A stretch of DNA of 64,000 nt. Source: the human T2T-CHM13v2.0 reference genome, Homo sapiens. A program made the translations under genes and the position numbers. Every line of letters starts with the position of its first letter. Positions within the stretch are counted from its first letter, which is position 1. Of this stretch, positions 28,044-43,895 are shown one piece after another. The stretch is taken from NCBI RefSeq assembly GCF_009914755.1, contig NC_060928.1, one strand, 5' to 3'. The notes under the pieces are model-generated. The model worked only from the letters and a program-made list of their open reading frames with translations, searched no databases and had not been told where the DNA came from.

Positions 28044-28493
28044 TGAAGGTACAATCAAAGGTGAAGCAGCTGTTCTCAATATCAGCCCTACTTTTTTTAA
28101 TCTCATTTTGTTCCTCAGACATTTCAAGTGATCCAAGCCGACTCCAAATATGCAGTGAAAAACACACACATACATGCAGTCCTACTAGCAAAATATATGT
28201 TTACTCCCTCCATTGACATACTGTTAAGGATCATTCTTATGCGGATGTCACAGGAGGTGAGCTCAAGCTTTAGTCAGTTTTTAGTTATATCATTAATCTA
28301 ATTTTAGGAGAGGCTGTTGAAAAACAAGGTCCATGATTCTATACCAGTAGTATAAAATTGTACCTAAGCTCTGATCTATCCATTAGAGAATAACTGAATA
28401 GTTCATAAAGGAGATTTTGTTACCTACTGAGAAAAAATCATCAATGTGTTTTCAAAGAATTCCAAATGGCCCCAACTCTTTCTTGTTCACACC

Positions 28494-28908
28494 TGTCTTA
28501 GTCAATTTGTGTTGCTATAAAGCAAAACCTGAGGCTGGGTAACTTATAAATAAAAAGAGGTTTATTGGGGCCATGGTTCTGCAGTCTGTACAAGAAGCCT
28601 GGTGCCAGCATCTGCATTGGGTGAGGGTCTCAGTCTGCTTCCACTCATGGTGGAAGGAGAAGGGGAACTGGTATATGCAGAGATTACATGGACAGAGAGG
28701 AAGCAATGGGGGGAAGTGCCAGCCTTTTATTTAAAAACCAGTTCTCATTAATAAGAGTGAGAACTCACCCACCTCCAAGAGAAGGTATTAATCTATTCAT
28801 AAGAGATCCACCCCCATGACCCAGATACCTCCCATTTGGCCCCAACTCGAACATTGGTATCAAATTTCAACATGAGATTTGAATGGGCCAAACATCCAAA
28901 CTATAGCA
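28494..28908 (-). mobile_element. MSTB-like MaLR solo LTR
   Basis: tgtcttagtc...catccaaactatagca; TSD acacc/atacc. Confidence 0.92.
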
Positions 28909-29394
28909 ATACCCATTCGAGTTTCTTCTTAACAGCAATTTGCATTATTAATAGAGGTTCAGTGATGTCACATTTTTACACATAAAAAAAGACAGTACTC
29001 TATGGAGTCACCTGCTGGCATCCTTCCCATTTCACTAGGTCTGTAAAATTCTGTCCTTAACTGAAATTTTAATGTTATATTTCTTGGAAAAGAATGCAAG
29101 TGAAAGTGTGCTGGAGAGATTAAAGAAATTAAAAATTTTGGTAGATTCATAAGGCACCCTTGGGAAACCTTTATGGCTTAATGTTACATTTTAATTTTAA
29201 AAATGTTTTATGATGTAAGAAATTACCAGCCTCAGGTTTAACCTTATAAGCCTTACCACAAGACTATTTTAAAAGAGACCTAGAAGCAATTCACTGCAAA
29301 TAAGGAAAGAAAAGATACTTACAAATGACTCACTCATCCAACTTTTATTGAGTAATTGCTAAGTACTTTCACAGTATGGACTGTGGTGTCTATA

Positions 29395-29754
29395 TAGTCA
29401 GTACTTTGTATCCAAGGATTCTCCATTCCTGGATTCAACCAAAAAGTGACCAAAAAGATTTGGGGGACACAAAAATACAAAATAACAATATGACAATTAA
29501 ACAAACATGAATGAAAACAGAGTATAACAACTATTCACTCTATTCTACTCTATTCAGAAATAAGCAAGTTAGACCAATCAGAGAACCCTGAGGATTAATG
29601 GTGGAATTGATTGTCTGGTTAATAGCATTTGCATTGTAATAGGTATTATACATAATTTAGAGATGATTTACATTTTACAGAGGATGTGTGTAGGGTATGT
29701 GCAAATACTATACCATTTATATAAGAGACTTGAGCATCCAAGAATTTTGTCTCC
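29395..29754 (-). mobile_element. MER2 (Tigger family) with an internal foreign insert
   Basis: ggattcaacc...agtataacaactatt[insert]atagcatttgcattgtaataggtattata...gacttgagcatcc. Confidence 0.8.
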
Positions 29755-29797
29755 TGCTCTCCAAGTGCTTTTACTAGGCTCATGATGAGGCACCACC

Positions 29798-29908
29798 TAA
29801 GGATAACCCACTGTCCTGGTTTGCCAGGACTATGCCAGCTTTAGCATGAAAAGTTCCCTGTCCTGGGGAACCCCTTTATTGGGCAAACCAAGAGAGACGG
29901 TAACACTA
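29798..29908. mobile_element. MER81-like hAT MITE
   Basis: taaggataacccactgtcctggtttgcc...ggcaaaccaag...ggtaacacta, inverted termini. Confidence 0.75.
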
Positions 29909-30241
29909 ACATTCCCTTTGGAGGTAGGTAGGTTTTATAGCATAGCTCTCTCTGAAAAAAATCTTTAAAAATCTTCTTTCAGCCTTTTTAACCTCAATAT
30001 GAGAAAAGAATTTAAGAGTTGTACAATTGTTTCATCATTGCCTTCTTTTTCAAGTTTAAATAGATTGTCAGTTTCACATTTCTCTCTGACAAGTGTTATT
30101 TTTGAGGCTTCAGCAGAAACTTTCTTTTTAACATCCTGTTACACTTTTTTAAAAATTGATTTTTCTCAGTCAGCCAAAATAAACATGATTACTGTAACTG
30201 GGTACTGTGTATTTTCTCACATGTGCAGCATTATCCGCAAA

Positions 30242-30429
30242 CATGGTTCTCAAAGTGTGGTCCCTGGAGTAGCAGCATCAGTAGCACCTAGGATCACCTA
30301 GAACACTATTAGGAATTAAATTATCTACCCCCATCAAAGACCTATTGAATCAAAAACTCTGGGGTTGAGGCCCGTGTCTTAACAAGCTCTCCTGGTGACC
30401 TGAGATAAGCTAAACTTTGAAAACCACTG
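30242..30429 (+). mobile_element. MER5A
   Basis: ggttctcaaagtgtggtccc...gaatcaaaaactctgggg...tttgaaaaccactg. Confidence 0.85.
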
Positions 30430-30444
30430 GTCCACTGATCTCCA

Positions 30445-30616
30445 ACTGTTGGTTCCCAACTCTGGTTGAACATTAGAATCACCTGAGCACCTTTGAAAAA
30501 CAAATTCGGGGGTTCATATATTCAACTTCGTTAGTATCTATTTAGACTCGGGCACTAGTAACATTTTAAGAGCTCCCCAGTTGAATAAAATAAACAATCA
30601 AGACTTTGAACCACTT
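30445..30616. mobile_element. MER5B-like
   Basis: ggttcccaactctggttgaacattagaatcacctg...agctcccca...tttgaaccact. Confidence 0.65.
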
Positions 30617-33600
30617 GTCTACAATATTGCTTGTTGAATCTCTTTATAGAAGGGTAGAATTGTTACCTGTTTCAGAGAAGTAAGACGCAAGGACTATGTA
30701 ATTCTTGGGTCATTTACTTCAAGTCAGCCCTTATGTGTGTTTAATTATATGAACACAAAATGTTCCAGTCCACCCAGTCTGTTTCTTCACTACTAAACTC
30801 CACGGTGATGTCAATTTCTTTATATTCATTTTTTTTAACTTTGTGAAATTTTGAATTAAAAAGAATGCCATCAAAATCTGGAATTACAATTATTTTTTAC
30901 TTGTGTTTGGTTTTTGTCTGTCATGGTCAGTGGACCCATAGCTATCTTTCAGTGTGCATCCAAACTTGGAAAGGTATTCACCTGTGTCTGCTTGATACTT
31001 CGATGGTATGCTTTGAGGAATTAAAAGTGGATGGTATTTATTTCATTGGACCGCAAATCTCATAACAACCTATAGTGTACGTGTTACAAATAATATGTGG
31101 AACTATGATCAGTTGTAAATAGGTACATTAACCTCCAAATGGCTACATCAACCCAGAACCAGCTAGAGCTCTTCAAAACCATTAAGGCTGTTAGGTCTGA
31201 CCAGAGATAAGCAGAATAAACAAATTCTTGCTGAACCAGAATCAGTCATGCTGCCTTTCGAAGTCTCCAAAGAAGGTTTATGAAATCCAGAGATTTCACT
31301 GGTTTGTTTTCCTTTACATTGTTTTGCACACTCTGTCTCTTCCGTTTCAGAGAAACTTGAAGTTTGCATTGCTAAAGTAGTTTTTGGCTGGAGTGTCCCT
31401 ACTCTGGTTGACTATGCAAAAAAAAAAAAAAAAAAGAGCTTAAAAGATTCTAAGGATTTGAGCTGTGATAATTTGTCATTGTGGAAAGAGATAAGTCCCA
31501 TTTTAGCTAGAGGCAATTTAGATTAAAACAAAATCAGAATAAAAGTACCTAAATTATTCAAACAAATAGGAAACTTAGCTCTATTTTTTCAGTCTGCAAC
31601 CTTAAGCATGCCTGAGAGACTTGGCTCCCCTAAAATAAAAGTTAGGCTATATCTCACAAGACTCTGACTGTTTTAAATTCAAAGACACAAATGAGAGTAC
31701 AAAAACAACAACTACAAGGGAGGGCTTATGTCTATATCACCCTTATGGCTTGCTAAATTTTGTTCCTTTTAATTTGTTTAAGTGTGTGGAGGATTAGAGA
31801 GACATCATAATAATCTCTCTATGTGATAAGAATATGTTTTGGAAAAAAACTAATTTTAAGTGAGTTCACAAGCTAATACATATATATATGGCATAACATA
31901 TATGGCATTATATATATGCCATATATATATGTGACAGCCTTAAAAAAATTAATCTGACTTCAAGACACTCTCTTGCTCAATTCTACAAGTCTACACTGAG
32001 GCTCTCAAGATAGTTCATTGCAATGTTTATGTATATTGGTCTTTTTCCTGGATCTTCATCAAGTCAGTTCTCTCCTATCATCACTACACTGGAGTGGAAA
32101 CTTTATGCAAACTTAAACTCATTCATTATATCAAAAGCAATTTAATTATTTTATAACAGTACAGGGAGAATATTTTAGCCATACAACTAAGTAGTATTCC
32201 AAATGAGTAACTCACTGAAATGACACCATAAAATGACCCAAAAGATAAAAGCCATTTCCAAATGTTAATATAGAGTTATGACTCCACCTATGGCATCCTG
32301 AAGGGCAAGGCAGTTAGAGCAGAGAATGTGCAATAACTTTCAAGAGTAAATGAAGGCTTGGAGCCTGATCTTCTACCCTGTGGGCTGGAAGTTAAAGCCC
32401 ATAAATCTCTTGCAGCACAGAAAGAAAAAAGAAGAAGAAGTAGCATTTTTGTTAAGAGGCAAAAGGGAAAAGGTTCTCTCTTTTCAAATTCCAGATATGC
32501 TGTGGAGGTGCCCTTTGGAGCTAGAATGGGGGCTAATTAGGCTATTTACATGAAACCCATGGTGGAGCATGATATTTAATAACATCAGTTTGACAGATAA
32601 TTAGAAGATAAATCATTCAAACTACAATGCTACTGCATTCTAAAAATACAATGCAAATACTGTTGACAGCATTTACAATTGCACCTGTTCATTTAATTTT
32701 TCAGTTAACAGAAAAGAAAGCAGAAGGCAAATTTATTCACCAGCCAATCTAGCCGGCAAATTCTGGCAAGGGTTGAGCTTGGGCACACACCAATCTTGCA
32801 TGAAATAGGACCCTGCTTCTCATTTATAGGGAACATTGAAAAGTTACACAACCTAATATGTGGTTTGGGGTCTTTTCTTATTGACTGATGGTAAATACTA
32901 GCCTTTGGGTCTTTGGGTTATGTGGGAAATAGCAATACATGTTTATGGTATTCAAAGTTTTGCCCAGAAAGTGCTGCAGAGGCAGTCTCTAAAGGTTTCT
33001 CATCCCCCTCCCAGTTGTTTAAATGCTTATAAAAACTTGTTTATGTGTGCTGAGTCTTTTTCTAAAGCATTTATCTTTGGATAAAAGCAAAATAAAAATA
33101 CCAGAGAAATGATCTAAGTAACTTATATGCTATTCTGAAAGTTCTATCAATTGGAATTTAAAATACAATTGGGATAAAAATCAGGAAAATTTTTGAATAT
33201 TATTTTTCGCTCAATCTTAAAGAGTTTAAATTTATGTTATATGGAACACCTATATTTTCATAGTGGCAAAATCATTTGCTATTTGCTATTTAGTTTTAAA
33301 CCAAAATTAGATAGCACCATATCTAGTCTTTGTTTTCCAACCCATATGTGTATGTGTGTGAATGTGCACCTATCAACAAGTTTATTTTTAAAAATCGGTT
33401 TTGTATGAACTCAAGTGATAAGGTAGGTGTGGGAAGGGACATATAATTTAATCTGACTGCCGAAAGAAATCTTGAAGGATTGTTCTATGTTATTAAATAG
33501 GCAAGAAATTCATCACCAGCAGTTTGCACTGCATTCTTGGGAAAAATCAAATTATACAATTATTTCTTACTGATTATCATACTTTCACATTGAGGAGATC

Positions 33601-34429
33601 TAGAATACCAGCTTTATTTCTTTGAATTGTATACCTTAAGATGTTTTTCTAAAGACTACTTTTTTTCTTGATTTTTACTTATTAGCTGTGAATCATAACC
33701 ATTTTATATCGTTTGCCCAAGAAATGTAATGTTTTAATACAGTGTTATACCTCAAAAAAGTATAAATATTAAAATTATTATACCTTACTTTTCCTAGTAT
33801 AATTAAACTGCTGTGATTTCTTTATGATCCTAAATACAGATGATAGGCTAATATTGGAAATGAAAACTGAGTCTCAGAAAGGTTAAACAACTTATCCAAG
33901 GCGAATAGTGTGTGGCCAAAAAAAGCTTCTGAAATGTGGATTCAGAAAAAAGTTTCTGCTTTTACTCCATGCCCTTTGCAGGTTTTAGGATTGGAAAATA
34001 AAAGTACCCTATTGCACCAGTGGTCTCCTGAGCCTTGTAGTCACAACGTTCTTGAGATACAGTTCTTCTGTAGCCTAACATCTCTACAGCCACCTCTCCG
34101 GCCTTTTATACATTTTCTCCCATAAAATATCACCTTAGTTCCAAAGTGCTCCCAAAAGATTGAACTGAGCATCCAGAACAGAGCAGGATAAGAGCAGACA
34201 CAATATTACAAAGACTAAGTTAAACCTGATAACTCATTCCATAGAGTCAATTCATAAATGCCAGTGTACAGGACAACCAATGGGTGAAATAAGAGAAAAT
34301 AAGAGTCCTATTACTTAGAAAGAGAGGAGTGCAAAATTATATGTGTGTATGTGTGTAGGGGTGGGGCTGTGCACATATGTTTCAGTCAAAGCCTAGTTAA
34401 ACATTAAAAAAAAAAAATTCTGGACTCCA

Positions 34430-34775
34430 AGGGAGGTGATGGCCAAAGGGTACAAACTTTCAGTTGTGCAAGATAAATAAGTTCTGGAGCTCTATATACA
34501 GTATAGTGCCTACAAATATCAATATTGCATTGTGTACTTAAAATTTGCAGAGAGGGTAGGATTCATATTAAGTGTTACAATAATAATAAGAATGGAGACT
34601 GAAGATGATAGGTATGTCCTTGACAAACATAACCTATGGCCTTGATGGGGATAATTTCTCTGGTGTATACTTATCCCCAAACTCATCAAGTTGTTATATT
34701 CAATATGTACAACTTTTTATGCATCAATTATACCTTAATAAAATGATTTTTAAAATTTTTTTTAATAAATAAATA
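34430..34775 (+). mobile_element. L1M (MB/MC-type) 3' end
   Basis: aaagggtacaaactttcagtt...ttatccccaaactcatcaagttg...caattataccttaataaa. Confidence 0.85.
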
Positions 34776-34964
34776 CTTCTGAACTCTTGTGCCAGAGTTG
34801 GGAATGGACAAAAAAAAAGTAGTCTGGTTATAGTTCATGTTTGTTTTTCTGACATAGACCACCGTCAGGGTCTCATTCTGCAAAGAGTGCTACTTTTTTA
34901 GAAGTTTTCCATCAATTTTAAATTGACTGCTATGTTTGGATCATGAAAACAAATTAAGTAATGT

Positions 34965-34975
34965 TGCTGAGTCAC
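34965..34975. promoter_or_regulatory. Consensus ARE/MARE motif with embedded AP-1 site
   Basis: TGCTGAGTCAC in unique sequence with an AT-rich 5' flank. Motif match only. Confidence 0.3.
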
Positions 34976-35169
34976 CAAACTGCTTATTTTATTGTGGCGT
35001 CTCTCTCACCCTACCTGTCCAAACAGAATCAGATCACAGAAAAGTCTCTTTGTATTCACACCACAGGGCAGGGAGTGAATAAAGCATCTGGTTACTTTTT
35101 ACTTAATTTCTAGTAACTTCTAAGAAAATTTAATGTATTTTTTCTTACAATATAGTGAACTAGATGGAA

Positions 35170-35516
35170 CAGCAGTCCCCAGCCTTTTTGGCACCAGGGA
35201 TTAGATTTGTGGAAGACAAGTTTTCCACAGACTGGGGGTGAAGGGAGCTGGGTGGGGGAAGGTTTTGGGATAAAACTGTTCCACCTCAGATCATCAGGCA
35301 ATAGACTGTCATAAGGAGTATGTAAGCTAGATCCCTTGCATGCACAGTTCACACTAGGGTTCTTGCTCCTAAAAGAATCAAATGCCAGCACCGATCTGAC
35401 CGAAGGCAGAGCTCAGGTGGTAATGCTTGCTCACCTCCTGCTGTGCGGCCCAGTTCCTAACAGACCGGGGACCTGGGACGTGTACTGCTCTGTAGCCTGG
35501 GGTTTGGGGACCCCTG
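35170..35516 (+). mobile_element. MER1B (hAT-Charlie)
   Basis: cagcagtccccagcctttttggcaccaggga...gggtttggggacccctg. Confidence 0.92.
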
Positions 35517-35787
35517 AGGGCTGGTTGGTTGAAGAGCAGTCTAGTAATGATTGCTCCCTAAAATCTTCTAGCACATACTTGATCATTTACTTCAGATGTT
35601 TCCAGTAAAGTGGAGGAATTTTTGGTTCATTAAGCCTTTCCTTGTTGATGAATCTCTGTTAAATGATACCAACCTGGAAGTGGCTGTCAGTGGCAGGAGA
35701 TGACTTGGGAGGACTGACCCAGTAAGAAACATGGTGGCGGGGGAAGTGGTAGGAAGGAAGGCAAAATTGAGCAAGGTAGAATATTAG

Positions 35788-36173
35788 TGTGTTAGTCAGT
35801 TCTTGCATTGCTATAAAGAACTATCTGAAACTGCATAATTTATAAAGAAAAGAGGTTTCATTGGCTCATACTTCCACAGGCTGTACAGAAAGCATCAATG
35901 GGGAGGCCTCAGGAAACTTACAATCATGGCAAAAGGCAAAGGGGAAGCAAGCCATGTCCTACATGGCCAGAGCAGGAGGGAGAGAGAGAGAAGGGGGAAG
36001 TGATACACACTTTTAAACAACCAGATCTTGTGGGAACTCACTCACTATCACAAGAGCACCAAGTAGGAAGTCCATCCCATGATCCAATCACCTCCCAACA
36101 AGCCCTTCCTCCAACATTGATGACTACAATTAGACATGAGATTTGGGTAAGGACACAAATATAAACCATATCA
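35788..36173 (-). mobile_element. MSTA-like MaLR solo LTR
   Basis: tgtgttagtc...aaaccatatca; perfect TSD ATTAG at 35783-35787 and 36174-36178. Confidence 0.94.
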
Positions 36174-36369
36174 ATTAGTAAAGTAAAAAGGGACTGCATT
36201 GGATTAAACAGCTTCCAAAGATAAATGTTAGTATCCTTTATTTCCTTGCTTCAGGCTGATAGATACAGATAATTGAATTTTAGAAGGGACCTATTGACAC
36301 TAAGCACATCGTATTACTAAGGTCAAAAAACGTCTTCTTCAATATACAAAGCAGAAGCAGTTCAATATT

Positions 36370-36398
36370 TCTCTCTCTCTCTGTGTGTGTGTGTGTGT
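36370..36398. repeat. Compound (CT)n(GT)n microsatellite
   Basis: Seen directly. Confidence 0.9.
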
Positions 36399-36441
36399 TA
36401 AATATGAACTCCTATTAATCTAAACATAAATCACTTTGAGA

Positions 36442-36554
36442 ATATATATATATGTATATATATGTATATATATATGTATATATATGTATATATATGTATA
36501 TATATGTATATATATGTATATATATAAGTATATATATATATGTATATATATATA
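36442..36554. repeat. (TA)n / (TATATATATG)n repeat
   Basis: TA tract punctuated by TG about every 10 nt. Confidence 0.95.
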
Positions 36555-36642
36555 AAAGCAAATCAATGAACCATTCCCAAGTTTTGTTGAAGCCAACATT
36601 GAACTTACCTGTGAGGTTTTAGCATCCACCGATTTCCATTTT

Positions 36643-39529
<2,887 letters not shown>

Positions 39530-39979
39530 TCCATTTTATAATAACCATAATATAATAAAAACATTCAGATGTATATTCTCTTATTTAGTAGTCATCTAAT
39601 TAAGATTTCTTAAATATCTGCCCATGAATATGTAAGGCCTTTTACTAGGCAGTAGAGATACATCTGAATAAGAAGTAATCCCTGTTCTGAAGAAGTTTAC
39701 ATCTTTCTAATTTTCCGTTTCAAACTGCAGAAGACTTAGGAAAATGCTACATTACATAAATTTAGTGTTCTCCATAGTTTTAGATTTTTGTTTTTGGTAC
39801 AGTACAGCTTTGATTCTGACTTTCCATATTTTAGCTCTTCGTTTTTAAATAAACAGCCAGATGATAATAAAACTACTCATAAAAAAACTCCTCACATCTT
39901 ACTTTTTTCGTTTTGGAACTCTAACTACTTAATAATTGAATGGGACTGAATAATGAATCAAATACTAAGTCTATGTTAA

Positions 39980-40516
<537 letters not shown>

Positions 40517-40669
40517 TAAAGTATATGAATCATCACGACAAATCCCACAGACACCTTGGCATGTATAACAGTCAGGTTAGGATAGAGTTGTGTTTAAAAT
40601 ACAATTTGGATAATTACATTGTCATGAATTGTTTTTATTGAATTATGTTGTCCATGATTTCAATGTGAG

Positions 40670-41260
40670 ATAATTATAGATATTATAATATATAATTATA
40701 TATATAAATATATATAATTATATAAATTATATATAATATATAAATAAATATATATTATATTTATTAAATAAATATTAAATAAATATATATTTAATTATAT
40801 ATATAAATATATAATTAATAATTATAAATTATATATAATATATAATCATATATTATATATAATTATATAAATTCTATATAACATATAATTATATATAATA
40901 TATAATTAATAATTATGAATTATATATAATATATAATTATATGTTATATATCATTATATAAATTATATATTATATATAAATATATATATATAAATTAATA
41001 ATTATATATTATATATAAATATATATATATAAATTAATAATTATATATTATATATAAATATATATATAAATTAATAATTATATATTATATGTTTATGTAA
41101 TATATAGAATATATAATTATTAATTCTATAATATATTATATATAATTATTATATATAATATATATTATATATAATTATTATATATAATATATATTATATA
41201 TAATTATTATATATAATATATATTATATATTATATATAATTATATATTATATCTATAATT
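40670..41260. repeat. Nearly pure A/T minisatellite-like expansion
   Basis: About 590 nt of TA/TAA/TTA with ~40-nt and 29-nt sub-periods. Confidence 0.95.
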
Positions 41261-41478
41261 ATGACATGTAACTTGCAACAACAACATAAAGACAGCAACT
41301 GCCTGAAGCAGATACTGCCCTTGGGTTTTTAGAAACTAGAAGCCTGTGAATGTGGAAGGAAACCAAGACTTCTGAGGAGGGGGTGTAGCTGGGTAGACCT
41401 AAAAGCTCCTGTGGGGCAGGGCTCACAGAGGTAGAACTTGGAACTTGATTGAGGGGCTGCTGCCTGACAGTTGTTAGT
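41261..41478 (-). repeat. Inverted copy of LTR segment 43498-43741
   Basis: Reverse complement aligns by hand to 43498-43741 with roughly 85-90% identity and one 28-nt deletion. Confidence 0.92.
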
Positions 41479-41880
41479 TATAATTAATATATATATAATA
41501 TATAATATATGTAATACATATGTAATATGTAATATCTAATATATATGTAATACATATGTAATATGTAATATCTAATATATATTATATATAATACATATGT
41601 AATATCTAATATCTAATATATATTATATATAATACATATGTAATATCTAATATATATTATATATAATACATATGTAATATCTAATATATATTATATATAA
41701 TACATATGTAATATCTAATATCTAATATATATTATATATAATACATATGTAATATCTAATATATATTATATATAATACATATGTTATATATAATACATAT
41801 GTAATATCTAATATATATAAATATATATTTATATATATATTTTTATATATATAAATATATATTTATATATATATATATAA
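41479..41880. repeat. AT-rich minisatellite, 34-nt unit TAATATCTAATATATATTATATATAATACATATG
   Basis: Unit seen at 41641-41674 and repeated from 41675, with or without an extra TAATATC. Confidence 0.95.
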
Positions 41881-41915
41881 TTGGTTATGTATTCTCTGGA
41901 GAACCTCAACTAATA
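41880..41915 (+). mobile_element. MLT2-type LTR 3' terminus
   Basis: attggttatgtattctctggagaacctcaactaata matches the MLT2 end that normally follows a short (TA)/(CT) tract. Confidence 0.65.
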
Positions 41916-42398
41916 TCTTCCCTTTGCTCATGTTTTAAAGCAGCTCTGTAGGAGACTGACTGTCATGCTTGGAAAACATGTCCTATCATAAGATTCTGTC
42001 TCCAGTTTCCAACCTAGCATGAATACTCTTTCTCCTACGACTCATGCAGAGGAATGAGAGAAGAAATGTGTCGAAAAACGAGACACTGAGAGGACACCCT
42101 GAGCTCTTAGTAGCTGTTGGGAATTGTTATTGGGAGAAAGTCTACTCTTTGATCTGGGGCAAGAGGCTTCAAGGCTGGCTGTGAAAGGATGAAATAGAGA
42201 AGAACTTGGAATTCTGCCATGTTTCTCCCCTCCATTGTCTAGAAAAGTGTGGCCCATATCTGAACCAGGGATGGAAGGGTGTCAGGACTCAAGAGTTATA
42301 TTTGATTCCATTCTGGACACCTGAGGGCTGAAAGAAAATAAATCATTATAAGTGGAGGGATGATGAAAAGCATTTGCTTGAGGGCCAGAAGAAAAGTC

Positions 42399-42712
42399 CA
42401 GGGGTCACAGACTCAAATGCATGTAGAGTCTAGGCCATTTATATTAATGAAGGCAATAGACATGTCAGAGTAAGTGAGACCTGAGTGTGTAGGGGTAAAT
42501 TGAAACTTACTTCTCCTTCTAGAAAGCCAAGAGCCCATTTAGTACCAACAGGTGGTTGCCATGTTGTGAGCCCAGTAATGTCAGATCTTCCGATATTTCA
42601 AGGGAAGTCAGAGGTTTAATTTGTCTTAGAAATTTAACAACATTTAAGTGTTGCTTCATTTTTTAACTAAGTGAAAGCCAAATGAAACACATCTGTGATC
42701 ATTTATGGTCCC
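42399..42712 (+). mobile_element. MER102 (hAT-Charlie)
   Basis: caggggtcacagactcaaatgc...cagatcttccgatatttcaagggaag...gccaaatgaaacacatctg. Confidence 0.8.
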
Positions 42713-42719
42713 TCTTATC

Positions 42720-43895
42720 CATCTAGGTCCATTCTGAACACAACAGACAGAATCATATTTTTAATACACAAATCAGATTGCTGAACATTCTCTAGGATCT
42801 CCCCATTTCACCTGGAATAAAATAAAACATAATTTCCTGTCTCATATGATCTGTCTCATGCCTGCATTTCCAAACTGCTTTCCTCATGCCAGGATGCTTT
42901 TTTAATATTTGTTGTTCTGTCTGCCCAGAATGTGATTACATCAGATCTTCACAAAGCTTCTTCTCATCTCCGTGAACTCCGTTCAGTTTTTCTTTCCTTG
43001 GATCACGTTTCTAATACAGCCTCCCTCACACCCACTTCTTTCCTAGCCCAAGCTTTTTCTCTCCTTTTTGTTTTGTTTATTTTTTCTTCACAATCTATCT
43101 GAAATAATAGAATTTATTTATCCTTTTATTTTGTCATCGATTCTAGAATTTAAGGTCTATGAAAGCAAAGATTTTGTTTTGCTCATAGCTGTGTTTGGCA
43201 TAATATGTGGTACATAGCAGTTCTGCTGGATATTAAGCTTTTACTCTCAGCTCCAAATCCACCCTTCTAAATTCTACTACATGAGGCTAGAACTTGGCAA
43301 ACCACCCTCCTCCCTTGCCAGCTAGATTCTTGTTAGCTTTTGCCAGGCAAGAGCACTGAAAGATATTAGGAGGCAGGAAGATGGAGAACAGACTTGCTTC
43401 TTCCTATTTTCCTGCTGTTCTCGCAGCAGCGGTTGATTCCAGTTTCCAGCTTTTTCCCACATCCCCACAACCAGCTTCACAGAACCCCATCTGAGACACT
43501 AACGACTGTCAGACAGCAGCCCCTCAATCAAGTTCTGAATTCCACCTCTGTGAGCCCTTCCCCATAGGACGCTTTCATCTCCACCCCGCTATAGCCCTCC
43601 TCAGAAGTCTTGCTTTCCTTCCACATTCGCAGGCTTCTAGTTTCTAACAACCCAAGCCTCTTCCCTCTGATCTCCCAGCCCCAGGGCAGTATCTGCTTCA
43701 GGCGGTTGCTGTCTTTACCTTGTTGCTACATGTTACATCATTGTTCCCTTTTTACAGTTTCAGTCCTTTAATACCTGTTTCATCAATCCTGTTACAAAAT
43801 GCTCTCTTAACTAGTGTGATTTCTGTTTTCCTTACCAGGCCTCTACTGATACAGTAGGTATTTAATAAATATTTAACACATTGATGAATAAATGA
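42720..43895 (+). mobile_element. L2 3' region interrupted by an LTR
   Basis: ctagaatttaaggtctatgaaagcaaaga...tggtacatagcag[LTR]gtaggtatttaataaata...gaataaatgaatg. Confidence 0.7.
43224..43853 (+). mobile_element. LTR41/LTR33-like ERVL solo LTR
   Basis: tgctggatattaagc...tctcagctccaaatccaccctt...gtgatttctgttttcc...actgataca. Confidence 0.75.
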
